Positions 13,606 through 26,250 of a stretch of DNA of 64,000 nucleotides are shown one piece after another (the stretch's first letter is position 1; the number at the start of each line of letters is the position of its first letter). Below the pieces are notes generated by a model. The model was given only the letters and a program-made list of their open reading frames with translations, had not been told where the DNA came from and ran no database searches. The stretch comes from Mytilus trossulus. Taxonomy: Eukaryota. Made by a program: the position numbers and the translations under genes. The stretch is taken from positions 76,198,001 to 76,262,000 of the forward strand of contig NC_086380.1 in the NCBI RefSeq assembly GCF_036588685.1. Reading direction: 5' to 3'.

Positions 13606-14725
13606 TGACCTACATGTAGATTAATTAAATTCTTAAATTTGACAGAAATACACCAAACTAAATAACAACTTATGGTTTAGTAAGATATTTAGCAAGAATA
13701 TTGCAAATATAGTTATAGAGTTTGATGAAAATCTAAGTTTATTTCAAAAAATTAAAGTGTATTTTGTCAAAACTGCAAATCCTAGCTTTTTTACCTATAA
13801 TACGTTGATTCTTAAATTTTACAGCAATACAACCAAAAGCTAAATAACCTGGGTTTCAAGAAGCTTGATATGTATCTAAGATAGCTGCATAGTTTGATCA
13901 AAATCGGTGTTGATTTGAAAAAGTTATTAAAAAATTTAAAGTGTACTATCTCTATTTTGTCTGAATTGCAAATTCTAGCTTTTTTACCAACATTACTTTA
14001 AATCTTAAATTTTACAGCAATACAACAAAAAAGTAAATGAAATGGGATTCAGTAAGCTTGATATACATCTAAGATAGCTGCATAGTTTGATGACCATTCA
14101 AGTTGATTTGAAAAAGATATTAAAAAAAATAAAGATGCCTATCTCTATTTTGTCCAAATTGCAAATCCTAGCTTTTTTTACCGAGATGACTTTAATTCTT
14201 AAATTTTACAGCTATACAAAACAAAAGTAAATGAAATGGGATTCAGTAAGCTTGATATATATCTAAGATAGCTGCATAGTTTGATGACAATCCAAGTTGA
14301 TTTGAAAAAGTTTTAAAAAAAATTAGAGATGCCTATCTCTATTTTGTCTGAATTGCAAATCCTAGCTTGTTTTACCGAGATAACTTTAATTCTTAAATTT
14401 TACAGCAATACAACAAAAAAGTAAATGAAATGGGATTCAGTAAGCTTCATATATATCTAAGATAGCTGCAAAGCTTCATGAAAATCCAAGTGATTTTGAA
14501 AAAGTTATTAAAAAAATTAAAGATGCCTATCTCTAATTTGTCCAAATTTCAAATCCTAGCTTTTTTTACCGAGATGACTTTAATTCTTAAATTTCATAGC
14601 TATACAACAAAAAAGTAAATAAAATGGGATTCAGTAAGCTTGATATATATCTTAGATAGGTGCATAGTTTGATGAAAATCCAAGTTGATTTGAAAAAGTA
14701 ATTAGAAAATTTAAAGATGCCTATC
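13606..14725 (-). repeat. Inverted ~194-bp satellite array (~6 units), right arm of the CACTA element
   Basis: Reverse complement of the 11211-12930 unit (gatgcctatctctattttgtc, aatgggattcagtaagcttg). Confidence 0.9.
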
Positions 14726-15299
14726 TGAATTTATATAATAATTTTTATTTTTACCTATTGTAATTTTTTTTTTTTTATATTTCACAGCCAGTAATCAAAC
14801 TATCTACTAAAGCTTGAATTTGTAAGATCAATATTTAATTTAGTTAGATGGGCTTCTTTATACCAGTCAAAACTAAATTTGAAGGTCAAGACTAGTCGAG
14901 ACAGGTCGAGACTGGTTCAGACTGAGTCGAGACTAGTCGAGACAGGTCAAGACTGGTTCAGACTGAGTCGAGACTAGTCAAGACTGGTCGAGACAGGTCG
15001 AGCCTTGGTCAAGACCATTTCAGACTAATTAAGTAAAGTCGACACCTAGTGGAGTACACTTAAGTACAGTTAAGTCCAGTCGAGACAATGTCGAGGCTAG
15101 TTGAGTAAAATGTGTGCTCGATTTTACTGGTCGAGCACAAAAACTGGTCAATTCAGACTCTGAGCAGTTTGTAGTGTATACCTGTAGTGTCTCCAATGAG
15201 GTTTGAGTATTGAATCGAATTCATGTTTTTGTGGTTAATATACTGTTTTGAAATAAAAATTAAAAAAAAAAAATATCATACCACATTATTCACGATCCG

Positions 15300-15720
15300 A
15301 TTGAGACACTTGACCACCGAACTTTTGTTTTTTTTATACCATCGACGTATCGAGGATTATAACATTTTATAATTGTACGTCTCTACTTCATTGTGTCCAA
15401 AAAAAATTTCGTTCACTTATTTTAGTTTGCATCGTCCAAGTGTTAGAGCATCATCAATATTAATTTGTGAATCTTAATGACCCGGCTTCTTTGAAATTCT
15501 TGTTTTGACAAGTGTCTGAAGGATCTCCGATTCGTACAAAATTAGGAGAGATCGGCAAGAAGAAGTGCATAGTTCGTTCCCATTGGATTGACGACAATTT
15601 GTTGAACAAGTCTACCTCCAAATGAAAAAGATATATTGTCAAAATAAAACTTGCTACGTTTATTTACGCTCTTTCTTTGAACGCTACTTGGATATTTGTA
15701 ATAGTTTATTGGCTTTTTTG
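15300..15720 (-). mobile_element. Penelope-like RT fragment (duplicated at ~19530-19960)
   Basis: Minus strand reads GGRLVQQIVVNPMGTNYALLLADL, matching the RT motif PMGTNCAPLLADL. Confidence 0.7.
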
Positions 15721-16623
15721 AAATTTGTCTGTCTTTGACCTTGTCTTTGACCTTGTCTGTGACCTTGTCTTTGAGCTTGTCTGTTACTGAAGTTTGTTAT
15801 TGTATGTCTATGATTTCATATTAATGACAACTGAAAAAATAATAGCGTAGAATAAATATAAAATCTACCTATGTTATTAAAAATCATGATATTTTTTTTT
15901 CTGCACTCAACATGCTTAATGTTCATATGGACCCTTCGGCTTCACTTCCAATTTTACTCTGAGTACAGACAAACCTGTGCATCTGGAAAAAGATAAATAA
16001 AACTAAAATATATAGTATGTTTTAAAAAATTCAAAACTTAACTGGATTTTGCAGTCCACGTGGACCTTGATAGAAAAAATATTATAAGCTGTCTGTGTCA
16101 ATAAATCCCTAAGAATATAAAACCGAAAAATATTCCTGTGCAGCCGGCATAATTATATATTGTTATCATCATTACATTTTTTCTATATATAACTCTAGCA
16201 ATAAATAGTTTGATTTAAATATTGAAACTTCATATTTCATGATTTAAAATGTATTTAAATTGTGTGTTTATTTTTAACCAGGAAGTGTGCTTATTTTGTT
16301 AACAGCGCCACGTGGTGTATAAATTATCATACATCACACAGGTGTTTTACTGTTGTCTTCAAGAACCAGAATTACAAGTTAAACAGTAGAACCGTCGTGG
16401 TTTTATTCTTAATTAGAAGCTTAACGAAAATTAATCAGGTATGTAAACTCATTTTGTAATATTTTTTTTTTATGAAGAACTAAGCTAGCTTAGGTAGATA
16501 CCGTTAAAACCGAAAGTAAATATTTTATCAATCCTTTGTTTATTCCTTTTTTGTTAAGATAGTCACATGTTACTTTAAAAATATTCTGTTTTGTAAATAA
16601 ATTAATTTGGTTTCAAATGGATA

Positions 16624-19337
16624 CCCAGTCAACAGACTAACAGTGGGCCAACGTTGGCAAATGGTCGGCCCGTTGGTCGACCGTTGGTGTTGGCTTCACA
16701 ACATTGGCCCAACGTTGGCAAATTGTCGGTCCGTTGGTCGCAAGTTTATGTTGGCTGCACAACATTGGTCCAACGTTGGCAAATTGTTGGTCCGTTAGTC
16801 GCAAGTTTATGTTGGCTGCACAACATTGGCCCAACGTTGGCAAATTGTCGGTACATTGGTCGCACGTTGGTGTCGGCTGCACAACATTGGCCCAACGTTG
16901 GTCTGTTGTTGTAAATTCATATTATTATCTCATGTTGGTTATAAATAATCGGGCAAATGTTGGCATTATGTTAGTAGCAACATAGGGTCGATATGAAATT
17001 TTGTTAATAGAATTGATTATATAATATTTTACGTTTTATTTCTCTTGGGAGGCGGATAATTTCGATTGCAGCAGGCTTTATGAAAAGTTAATGTTATACC
17101 GAAAGTGTTTATCAACTGAAATTACATTTACAACTCTATGTTGGGCCAATGCTGGCCCAACATTGCGTGATCATATATTATACTCTATATATAAGTCAGG
17201 TAAAATCTATACTAGAATATCATTACTGTAATAAAAAAATGTATATAGTAAACATAGATTGCCTGGTTAAAAATTAAAATTTATTGCAATCATTATTTAT
17301 AATAACTTTATTCATTAAACTTTGTGAAACATAATAATAGCAATTATATGCAGAATGATATTTGATACAGCCAGTCTGTTAATCAAGCCCATTCTGATAA
17401 GGTTGACCATATGTTCGACAAATTTCAAAGATAGTTGCTATGGTAATTAAGTTTATAGGAAATCTGAATGTAATGGGATGGTCACTTTTGTGATTATTTC
17501 CTGTTGTGTATTTGTAAGAAAGCAGTGATACGAAGAAAACAAAAAGAGAATTTCAGGTCATCTGAGATTCAAAGAGAAAGATAGTAACATGTAAGTTGTA
17601 ACTTTAAAAAATCTGATATATATATATACGATTCAGAATGACAAATACAGTATGATTTTTTAATCTGAGGGATGTTGTTAAAAATCAAAACATATATTAA
17701 TTTCTATCATTTTATAATGCTGATCTTGAAGTTTATAAATTTCGGGTGAAATATTTTCTAGATTTTAAATCATTTCAATCCTATTAATTATCATGAAATA
17801 TTTGCCACTGAACATTAGTATCTTCAAACAAATGGTAAATTATATAAATCTATAACCACAACATGTATGATCATTACTGAAGTTAATGGAATAAAATTGT
17901 CTTAAGATGTAACTTATTCCGTAATGTTTCAAAAATGTGGTATAATGATTTCTACTTCATTAAAATATAAATGAATTTGTTAGTTTTATTGTATTTCTAA
18001 ATCGCATGCAAACAGATACGATATATTTGTGAAACCTGATCATATACACACTTGCATGTGTAACAGTGTTTTTATATATCAAATATATAACTGTTCATTA
18101 ATACACATCTTAATTATTCTTTATATATCATGACAAATCCGTCTAATACTAATGAATTTCTGACCATTAGACAAATAACCAATATAAAAAAAAAATGGTC
18201 ATTTAAGATTTTATTTTGTATTAAATAGTGTTTAAACTATTTAGAATATACATTAATTTATATTACATATCTAGAAGGGAGATTACGCACGCATGCATTA
18301 GACAAATGCGCAATTCGAGTTTACTTATAACTTTATTACAGAGTCGGTTAGAAAAAAAAAACATAGCTGTAAAGAGTCTTCGGATAAGGAGATAGATGAT
18401 GCAGCTAAAAATTGGCGGCGCTTAAGCCTTGACAGAGAAGGTGGCAAGAAACAGAGAAGGGAAAAAAGAATAACATATTATATAAATAATAATGACACTG
18501 TTGAAGTTCAAATTGAGGAGGACACTACTCGTGGTGACGACCAATGATATCAAATTTAAAATAAATAAAGTTGCATCTTCTGAATTATTTAATTTTCATT
18601 CTGGATCTGGAACCAATACAACTAAAATTACGTCTCCGAAAAAACTATTTGTATGATCGCCTAACCATAAGCCATACGTCATTTGTTCTGTTAAAGAAAT
18701 AAATGAAATTGATATGAAAAAAGAAGATGTGGTATGATTACTAATGAGACAACTCTTTACAAGACACCAAATGACACAGAGTTTATCTGGTCGATCCATC
18801 AAACATTGCCAAAGAAATATCTTAGCGTCACACAATAGATCAAATTAATGAGGCAAAGTTCATGAAAACAACAAGGACAGTAAAAACAATGGGTAATACA
18901 AAAATACAGAATTGCTACCTTAAACTTTGGCAGTTTGGAATACAAAAAAATATTAAATGCGCTCCGGAGTATTTATCATATACAGCTCCTCATGCAGCAT
19001 CCATTGTAATTTGGTTGAAACAATAGACCAACGTATTGCCAACATAAAAATGAGAAATACCTACCTTGGACCAACATAGTGCCAACCTAAGAAAAGATAT
19101 TTCTACGTTGGTCCAACGTTGTGCCAACATGGATTTCGTTTTTTATACAATGGGCCAACGTTGGCTCTATGTATTGCATATAATCGTACAACGTTGGGCC
19201 AACATGAAGCCATCATGTTGTGCCAACGTAGGCCCACTTTGCACTTATACGTTGGGCCAACGTTAAAATACAACGTTGGGCCAATGCAATGATATACGTT
19301 GTGCCAATGTTGGGCCAACATACTCATGTTGTCTGGG
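16624..19337 (+). mobile_element. EnSpm/CMC-type DNA transposon derivative (CCCAG...CTGGG, TA TSD)
   Basis: TIR cccagtcaaca / tgttgtctggg. TA duplicated at 16622-16623 and 19338-19339. The empty site ggaTAtttttc is present in the duplicate copy near 20823. Palindromic CCAACGTTGG subterminal repeats, including ~4 x 61-bp units at 16645-16900. Confidence 0.88.
18342..18547 (+). other. Putative terminal exon of a transposon accessory gene (DUF4806-like)
   Basis: Acceptor ttattacAG at 18340-18341. Open frame SVRKKKHSCKESSDKEIDDAAKNWRRLSLDREGGKKQRREK..DDQ* followed by AATAAA. The W..L..DR.GG+ motif resembles DUF4806 C-termini (recalled, not searched). Confidence 0.45.
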
Positions 19338-22148
19338 TATCTTTCTTTCTCTGATTCTTCTTTATGTAATCGATATTCAGGTAAAAATCACTGTTAAGAA
19401 AGTGCGAATCGTATCTTCAATAAGATTTGTGTATTGAATCGAATTCATTTATTTGTAGTTAAGATAATGTTTTGAAATAAAAGAAATAAAGCAAACAAAT
19501 AATATATTACCATACTATTTACGATCCGAGTGCGACACTTGACCACCGAATTTTTTTTTTTTTTTTATGTCATCGACGTATCGGGTAGTATTACATTTTA
19601 CAATTGTACGTCTCTACGTCCTTGCGTCCAACAGATATTTTCGTCCACTTATTTTTAGTTTGCATCATCCAAGTGTTAGAGCATCATCAATATTAATTTG
19701 TGAAATTTAATGACCCGGCTTCTTTGATATTCTTGTTTTGACAAGTGTTTGAAGGATCTCCGATTCGTACGAAAATAAGAAGAGATCGGCAAGAAGAAGC
19801 GGATATTTCGTTCCCGTAGGATTGACGACAATTTGTTGAACAAGCCTACCTCCAAATAAAATAGATATATTGTCACAAGAAAACTGGCTACGTTTATTTA
19901 CGCTCTTTCTTTGAACGCTACTTGGATATTTTTAAAAGTTTATTGGCTTTTTTGAAATTTGTCTGTCTATGACCTTGTCTTTGACCTTGTATGTTACTGA
20001 AGTTTGTAATTGTATGTCTATGATTTCGTATTAATGACAAATGAAAAAATAAGAGCGTAGAATGAAAATCTATCTATGTTATTAAAAATCATGATATCTT
20101 TTTTTCTGCACTCAACATGCTTAATGTTCATATGGACCCGTCGGCTTCAGTTCCAATTTTACTCTGAGTACTGACAAACCTGTGCATCTGGAAAAAGATA
20201 AATAAAACTAAAATATATAGTATGTTTTAAAAAATTCAAAACTAAACTGGATTTTGCAGTCCACATGAACCTTGATAGAAAAAATATTGTAAGCTGTCTG
20301 TGTCAATAAATCCCTAAGAATATAAAACCGAAAAATATTCCTGTGCAGCCGGCATAATTATATATTGTTATCATCATTACAATTTTTCTATATACAACTC
20401 TAGCAATAAATAGTTTGATTTAAATATTGAAACTTCATATTTCATGATTTAAAATGTATTTAAATTGTGTGTTTATTTTTAACCAGGAAGTGTGCCTATT
20501 TTGTTAACAGCGCCACGTAGTGTTTAAAATCATCATACATCACACAGGTGTTTTACTGTTGTCTTCAAGAACCAGAATTACTAGTTAAACAGTAGAACCG
20601 TCGTGGTTTCATTCTTAATTAGAAGCTTAACGAAAATTAATCAGGTATGTAATCTAATTTTGTAATATTTTTTTTATGAAGAGCTAAACTAGCTTAGGTA
20701 GATACCGTTAAAACCGAAAGTAAATATTTTAACAATCCTTTGTTTATTCCGTTTATGTTAAGATAGTCACATGTTACTTTAAAAGTATTCTGTTATGTAA
20801 ATAAATTAATTTGGTTTCAAATGGATATTTTTCTTTCTCTGATTCTTCTTTATGTAATCGATATTCAGGCAAAAATCACTGTTAAGAAAGTGCGAATCAT
20901 ATCTATGTTAGAAAAGTGCGAATCGATAAATGATCGATATCGCTTGTTGTAGGGTATATATTTTACTTTTATAAAATATAGGTAGATTGTAGTTATTAGA
21001 AAAGAGGGTCGAAAGATACCAGTGGGACAGTCAAACTTTCAACTGACGACGCCATGACTAAAACAGAGACATAATATCAGACAAATAACAGAACACAATA
21101 CACATGATACACAAAATAGAAAACTAAAAACAAAGTAACACAAACCCGACCAAACATTTGGGGTGATCTCAGATGGTCCAAAAAGGTGAGCAAATCCTGC
21201 TCAACAATATCAAATGTTCGGAATGTTATACACAATGGTTAGTACCACAATATACAGATATACTTTGATTTGCGTAGTGAATACATTACAATTAGCATTA
21301 TTAGGAAAACGATCAAATCATTAGAATATGCTTATTGACAATTCTACTAGGTAAATTATGTCTCTCGTCTATTTTATTCCTTTTCTGTTCTGGTTGAAAG
21401 ACAATAACAATCAAAACCAAGGAGTAAACAAAGTCTCACAAAACCAAACGACATTTACATCAACAGTTATAAATAATAAATAAGAAACAACACGAACTCC
21501 AATAAAAAATGGGAGTAAAATCAGGTGTTCCGGAAGGATAAGCATTTCCTGCACCGCATACGGCACCCGTCGTGTTATTTCTTTGTTCAGTTCGGTAATG
21601 ATGAAAAGTTATTATGACTGAGGAACATCATCACGCCATATTTATTGGTATTTGTACAATGTAGTTATAAGAAGATGTGGAATGAGTTTTCATTAGCATG
21701 ATTAGACAACTTTCCATCCAAGTCACAATTTGTAATAGTAAACCATTATAGGTCAATGCACGGTCTTCAACACGGTGGCGTGGCTCACACTTAACAGTTA
21801 GCACTAAAAGGCCCCTAAAAGGCTAGTTTACCTTGTTTTCAAACATGCAACACTTACATTTATGCATGTTTGAGTTTTTGTGTATTTAATGTCGCATTTG
21901 AATATACTGAACATCTCAAAATTTGACTATGGATGGTTTCACTCTGGTAGTTTTAGTCATATATCATTTCGATTAATTACAAGTTGCGTTTTAAAAAAAA
22001 ATTAGACTAAATTTAAATTCTAGATTGTCAAATGTTAATTGCTTATGTACTGCTTAGAAAAACTTTTATACAATACAGAACATGAAGACAAATCTTTTGA
22101 TTTAGAGTATAATAAAACCACACCTCTCCTTTTTTTAAAAGTTTTCTT

Positions 22149-23744
22149 ATGGCATCGGCTAGTTTATGTGATCCTTGTTCCGAAGCTGACAAGTCTTCAA
22201 CAGCAACAAAGTATTGTTCTGACTGTGAAGAAAGACTTTGTACAGACTGTGATGAATCACATTGCAGATTCAAAGCCTTCAAATCTCACCATGTTATCGA
22301 CCTGTCGTCCATCGGATCCAATAAACTTATGCCTGCGATAAAAAACTGCAATGTCCATTCAGAGATGCTTTTGGATTATTATTGCACAGATCATGATATC
22401 GTTTGCTGTAGAGCCTGCATATCTAATGAACACAGGGTTTGTCAGAACGTTCTCCCATTGGAACTTGCCTCGAAGGATGTAAAAAAGTCTGCACTGTTTA
22501 ACGATGTTATGGAAGACATGACGCATCTTATTACAACATTGAATGCTTTAGACAATAACAGACAGTCAAACTTACAATCAATAGAGGAATCCAAATCAAC
22601 AATAACTAAGAAGATCCGAGCAGTGAAATCCAAATTTTTGAAACAAATTGACGATTTGGAGCGTGAATTAACGACCACTTTGTCATCTCTCCAACGAAAA
22701 CATGAAATGGAAATCAACAAACAAAAGCAAGAAATATCGCAAGTCTTGGTCAATGTTATAGAAAATAAAAACGAGATGGATTTTTTGAGAGATCATGGAT
22801 CTAAGAATCAGCTCTTTATATTCCTTCGCCAACAAGTAACAAATATTCATAGCGCCGAGGCCAAGATTCAGCAGATAGTATCCGATTCACAAGAATTCAA
22901 TATAACCTTTGACGAAAAGAAAGATGGTAAGCTTGAGTCTTTCGGGTCACTGTCAGAGTATGTCCAACCATGTCAAGTTCAATACAAACCAAAGAAATTT
23001 CAACAAGCCCAGATAAAGGCAGAACCAATGAAAAACATTCAAGGGTTTGAGAAGGATACAGTATTAAAATTTAATACTGATATGGTAAAAAATCTTTTTA
23101 GTGTATCAGTGACAGATAATAATAAGCTGCTCATTACTAATGCAGCATCCTCCGATCCCATACTCTATGTTTATAGAGACTGTAAAGATTATGAGACAGA
23201 GATAGTTTTTTCCTCCGCACCTCATTGTGTTGCTGTGATACCTGGTACGGACAGAGCTGTTATTACCCTACCTATCGCGAAGTCTATACAATTCATAAAT
23301 ACGACAACGATGACAAAGGACAACAAAGTTAAAGTCGGATTTATATGTGTTTGTATCACTGCTGGACGTGACAGAATTTACGTTGGTGGTGATTATGGTA
23401 CTATCAAAACATTAGACACTAATGGAATAATACTTAAAACAATTCAACAAGGATTTGATAATATTTTATTCATAGCATACGATGATATTCATGATCATTT
23501 GATTGCTAGATGTCATGGTAAACTCCTTTGTATCAAAGTAGATGGAACACTAGTTTACAGTAAGGACGTTTCAGGAGTAGCAGGTTTAACACTTGATCGA
23601 CAGAGGAACATTTATTTTGGCGGTTTTAATACAAACATCATACAAAGAATGTCAACAGATGGAGACAATTGTGAAGAAATGCTGAACAAAGACAATGACA
23701 TTGACCGTCCGTATGCAAGTACTTGTAAAAACTTGAAAACTTAA
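22149..23744 (+). CDS. RING-less TRIM-like paralogue 2, last propeller blade lost by a ~76-bp frameshifting deletion (possibly a pseudogene)
   Basis: 531-aa ORF, N-terminal half nearly identical to paralogue 1. At 23715/23716 'ccgtatg|caagtacttgtaa' skips the GMCFNNDFTKLFVINN..VYK segment. The canonical CAG acceptor 10 nt before the ATG reads TAA (22136-22138). Confidence 0.75.
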   Translation: MASASLCDPCSEADKSSTATKYCSDCEERLCTDCDESHCRFKAFKSHHVIDLSSIGSNKLMPAIKNCNVHSEMLLDYYCTDHDIVCCRACISNEHRVCQNVLPLELASKDVKKSALFNDVMEDMTHLITTLNALDNNRQSNLQSIEESKSTITKKIRAVKSKFLKQIDDLERELTTTLSSLQRKHEMEINKQKQEISQVLVNVIENKNEMDFLRDHGSKNQLFIFLRQQVTNIHSAEAKIQQIVSDSQEFNITFDEKKDGKLESFGSLSEYVQPCQVQYKPKKFQQAQIKAEPMKNIQGFEKDTVLKFNTDMVKNLFSVSVTDNNKLLITNAASSDPILYVYRDCKDYETEIVFSSAPHCVAVIPGTDRAVITLPIAKSIQFINTTTMTKDNKVKVGFICVCITAGRDRIYVGGDYGTIKTLDTNGIILKTIQQGFDNILFIAYDDIHDHLIARCHGKLLCIKVDGTLVYSKDVSGVAGLTLDRQRNIYFGGFNTNIIQRMSTDGDNCEEMLNKDNDIDRPYASTCKNLKT

Positions 23745-24889
23745 AATCGGATTTTTATGGCATTGTGTTATTCACATGTACATAGTAAATATATTTAGTT
23801 TGTTTGTTTTTTGTATAATTTTCGATTTTCATTTTAGGCGAGTGACTTAACCATAAAATAAAAATTTTAATGCACCTACCTAACACACGGCTAAATTATA
23901 AATCATTTTAAAGCTACACATCTGTACTATCTGTTTTGGCCGGTCGTAAAAAAATCGTACGGTGCAATTTCTGTCAAATCGAGATCAAAGGCCAAGGACG
24001 AATAAGTGCATATTTTCGAAGATTTCAGCCTGATTGCATTATATGACTTTTATGTACTTAATTCACATATGCAAACAATTTAAACTTTTAGCAGAGCGAT
24101 TAACAGTCACTATTCAAATGCATTTTTTAATATTTAAAGCGTGTTTTTGACAAAGAGCACATGTTTCCTAAAATTCGAGTAAAAGTTAACAAAATGTGTG
24201 AAAACCCAAATTTTTCTTTCTGGTGCAACTGCTAATCACTTTAAACTAAGTAAAACCCTGTAATGACTATTAAAGAAGTTTTTGACATCATAAAATTTCC
24301 TAAAAGTAAGCTTACTTCTAATCAAACAGCAAATCAAAACAACTCATATAGTTGCCCAAAATACCGCCATCGTCGAAAACACAGCTTTATTAGAATTTCT
24401 TCCTAAAGTATTTAAACAATGTATGTGGTCAATATAAGATTTAATAAACAAATTCTTAACAATCTGAAAAATTTAGAGTAAAAAAATATGTACGCGAATC
24501 ATCTTATTGCTTGAAATAAAGGGGGTGAAACTAAGAGATTGCAATCTGCATTGTAACTACCAGTCTGAAATAAACATATTTTGACTTTTCTAATTGTTTG
24601 ATTTGTAGCTTCATTATAAATAATGATGTAGTGAAAAAAACCTTTATATTTATTTTATATGAATTAAAAATTTAGACCAAAACAAATAAAAATAAATTGA
24701 TGAAAATTGAAATTTCAAAGAATTTAAAAAAACTAGTAAACACATTATAAAACTTGATTTCTTGATTGCTTGAATTGCGTTGTCCATGTTTACACGTATT
24801 AATTCATAAAATAAGAATAATTTTGAAGAAAAAATATCCATTTATACGCAAAGATTCTAGTTATAACTAGACTTCCTGAATAGCTCGAA

Positions 24890-25257
24890 TGCCTAGTTCA
24901 TTTTTCATACGAGGATGACTTCATGCAATAGTTTCTGATGACGACTGAAAAGAAGCTATCATTATCTTGAAACTTCACTTTCCACTATATAGATGATGTC
25001 ATCTCACTAAAGAGTGCAAAATTTGTGACAATGTTGGTATCGTAGTATTTTCCTTTGAAATTGAAAATAAAAGACTCAACAGATATTGTTTACTCCATCA
25101 CGTACTTTGAAATCGATGATGAGGGTTGGTTGAAAAAAAGTTTTACAAGAGAAATGTGCATAAAGCAACCCATAAAACCACCCCTTACTACACAATTATA
25201 AACTTCTCATTTCCATCTAACAACATTATAGAATGCATATCTATACCACTAAAGGAG

Positions 25258-25292
<35 letters not shown>

Positions 25293-26250
25293 TAAAGGCA
25301 ACTATAGTATACCGCTTTTCAATAGTGATCAATCGATTTACTAGTAACTAAAATAAATCCGGATCACAAGGAAAAAAACTAGGGAAATGCATCAACTATA
25401 AGAGGAACACAACGATGTAACAGAAACACTGAACTGCTACAAAAAAAACCACGCCAACATACAAAGAAACAGATTATTCGATACCAACTGTCAAATGCCT
25501 GACTTGGTACAGGAAAATTTGAAGAAAAATGGTGGTTTGAACATGGTTCTAAACCAGAGTTCAAATGCAAAGTTTAAATCAGCCCTTTGAAAATTTCATG
25601 GACGCCTCTACGAGTTCGTTGACAATTATGAGATATCTGTTTCGCCAGATGACGACTGATAAGTTCCATCGACGTAACCAAATTGCTGTCATCTCTGCCG
25701 TGAATGTCACCAACCGATTAAGGCTTGGCACCGAGTTAGGAAATACATGAGCCACAAGACGGGTAAACGAGAGAAGTGGTGTAGTGGTTAGTGCATCGAA
25801 CTACTAACACAAAGGTTCCTGGTCCGATTCCCGTTCCGTGATGAAAATTTCAGGGACCAATTTTTCGGCTCTTCCTAGACACCATTTGTAAGTATGGTCT
25901 TAAGGAAACAATGAAAGTCCGTCGGAAGGGGACGATAAATGGCTGACCTGTGTAAAGAGAGAGCCATATCTCTTGCACATTAAACACACGTTTGTAGATT
26001 TCTAAAAAGAGCAGAATAATGCCGCTAGAAGGCAGCACTTGCACACGCAAAGTGGAAAGAGATTTATTTAAGTTGCAAAACTTGTTTCCCAATCCACTAT
26101 AAATAAATATGTTTAAACTAAGACAGTTGTCACATGTGGAACATAATCTGCCTACCCTTTAGGAGCCCCTGAGTTTACCCAAAACTTTTGTGGGAGATTT
26201 TGTTACTCAATCTGTAGCTTTATATTTTTGCGGATATTTGTCTTATTGCG
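24890..26250 (+). mobile_element. Penelope-like RT and 3' fragment nested in the Academ-like element
   Basis: Degenerate frame YEDDFMQ..NFTFHYIDDVISL (YIDD catalytic motif) followed by LKIKDSTD. The 3' part matches other PLE copies (29455-29900, 45030-45400). Confidence 0.75.
25765..26119 (+). mobile_element. tRNA-derived SINE (Deu/Nin-like core)
   Basis: A box TGGTGTAGTGG at 25777, B box GGTCCGATTCCC at 25821, core gtccgtcggaaggggacgataaa, AT-rich tail. Degenerate TSD aagacgggt / aagacagtt within the PLE copy. Confidence 0.8.

Larger units (their letters stand above)
10789..15176. mobile_element. Non-autonomous CACTA (EnSpm/CMC) foldback element carrying satellite arms
   Basis: Termini CACTACAAACTG...CAGTTTGTAGTG. 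3-bp TSD TAT (10786-10788 and 15177-15179). Subterminal gtctcgact repeats at both ends. The arms are inverted copies of each other. Confidence 0.92.
15190..20904 (+). repeat. Tandem duplication of a ~1.5-kb unit: copy A 15190-19412 (interrupted by a TE), copy B 19413-20904
   Basis: The copies align throughout (tattgaatcgaattcat ... aaagtgcgaatc(g/a)tatct). The unit contains a PLE RT fragment and a 5' gene module with donors at 16439 and 20645. Confidence 0.9.

Noticed and set aside
16607-16985. Overlapping ORFs and CRISPR-like palindromic repeats (also 19066-19327)
   Set aside because: These are subterminal CCAACGTTGG repeats of the DNA transposon, and the inter-repeat sequences are not unique.
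25770-25840. tRNA gene
   Set aside because: A and B boxes are present, but there is no proper acceptor stem and it continues into a SINE body and tail with a TSD.
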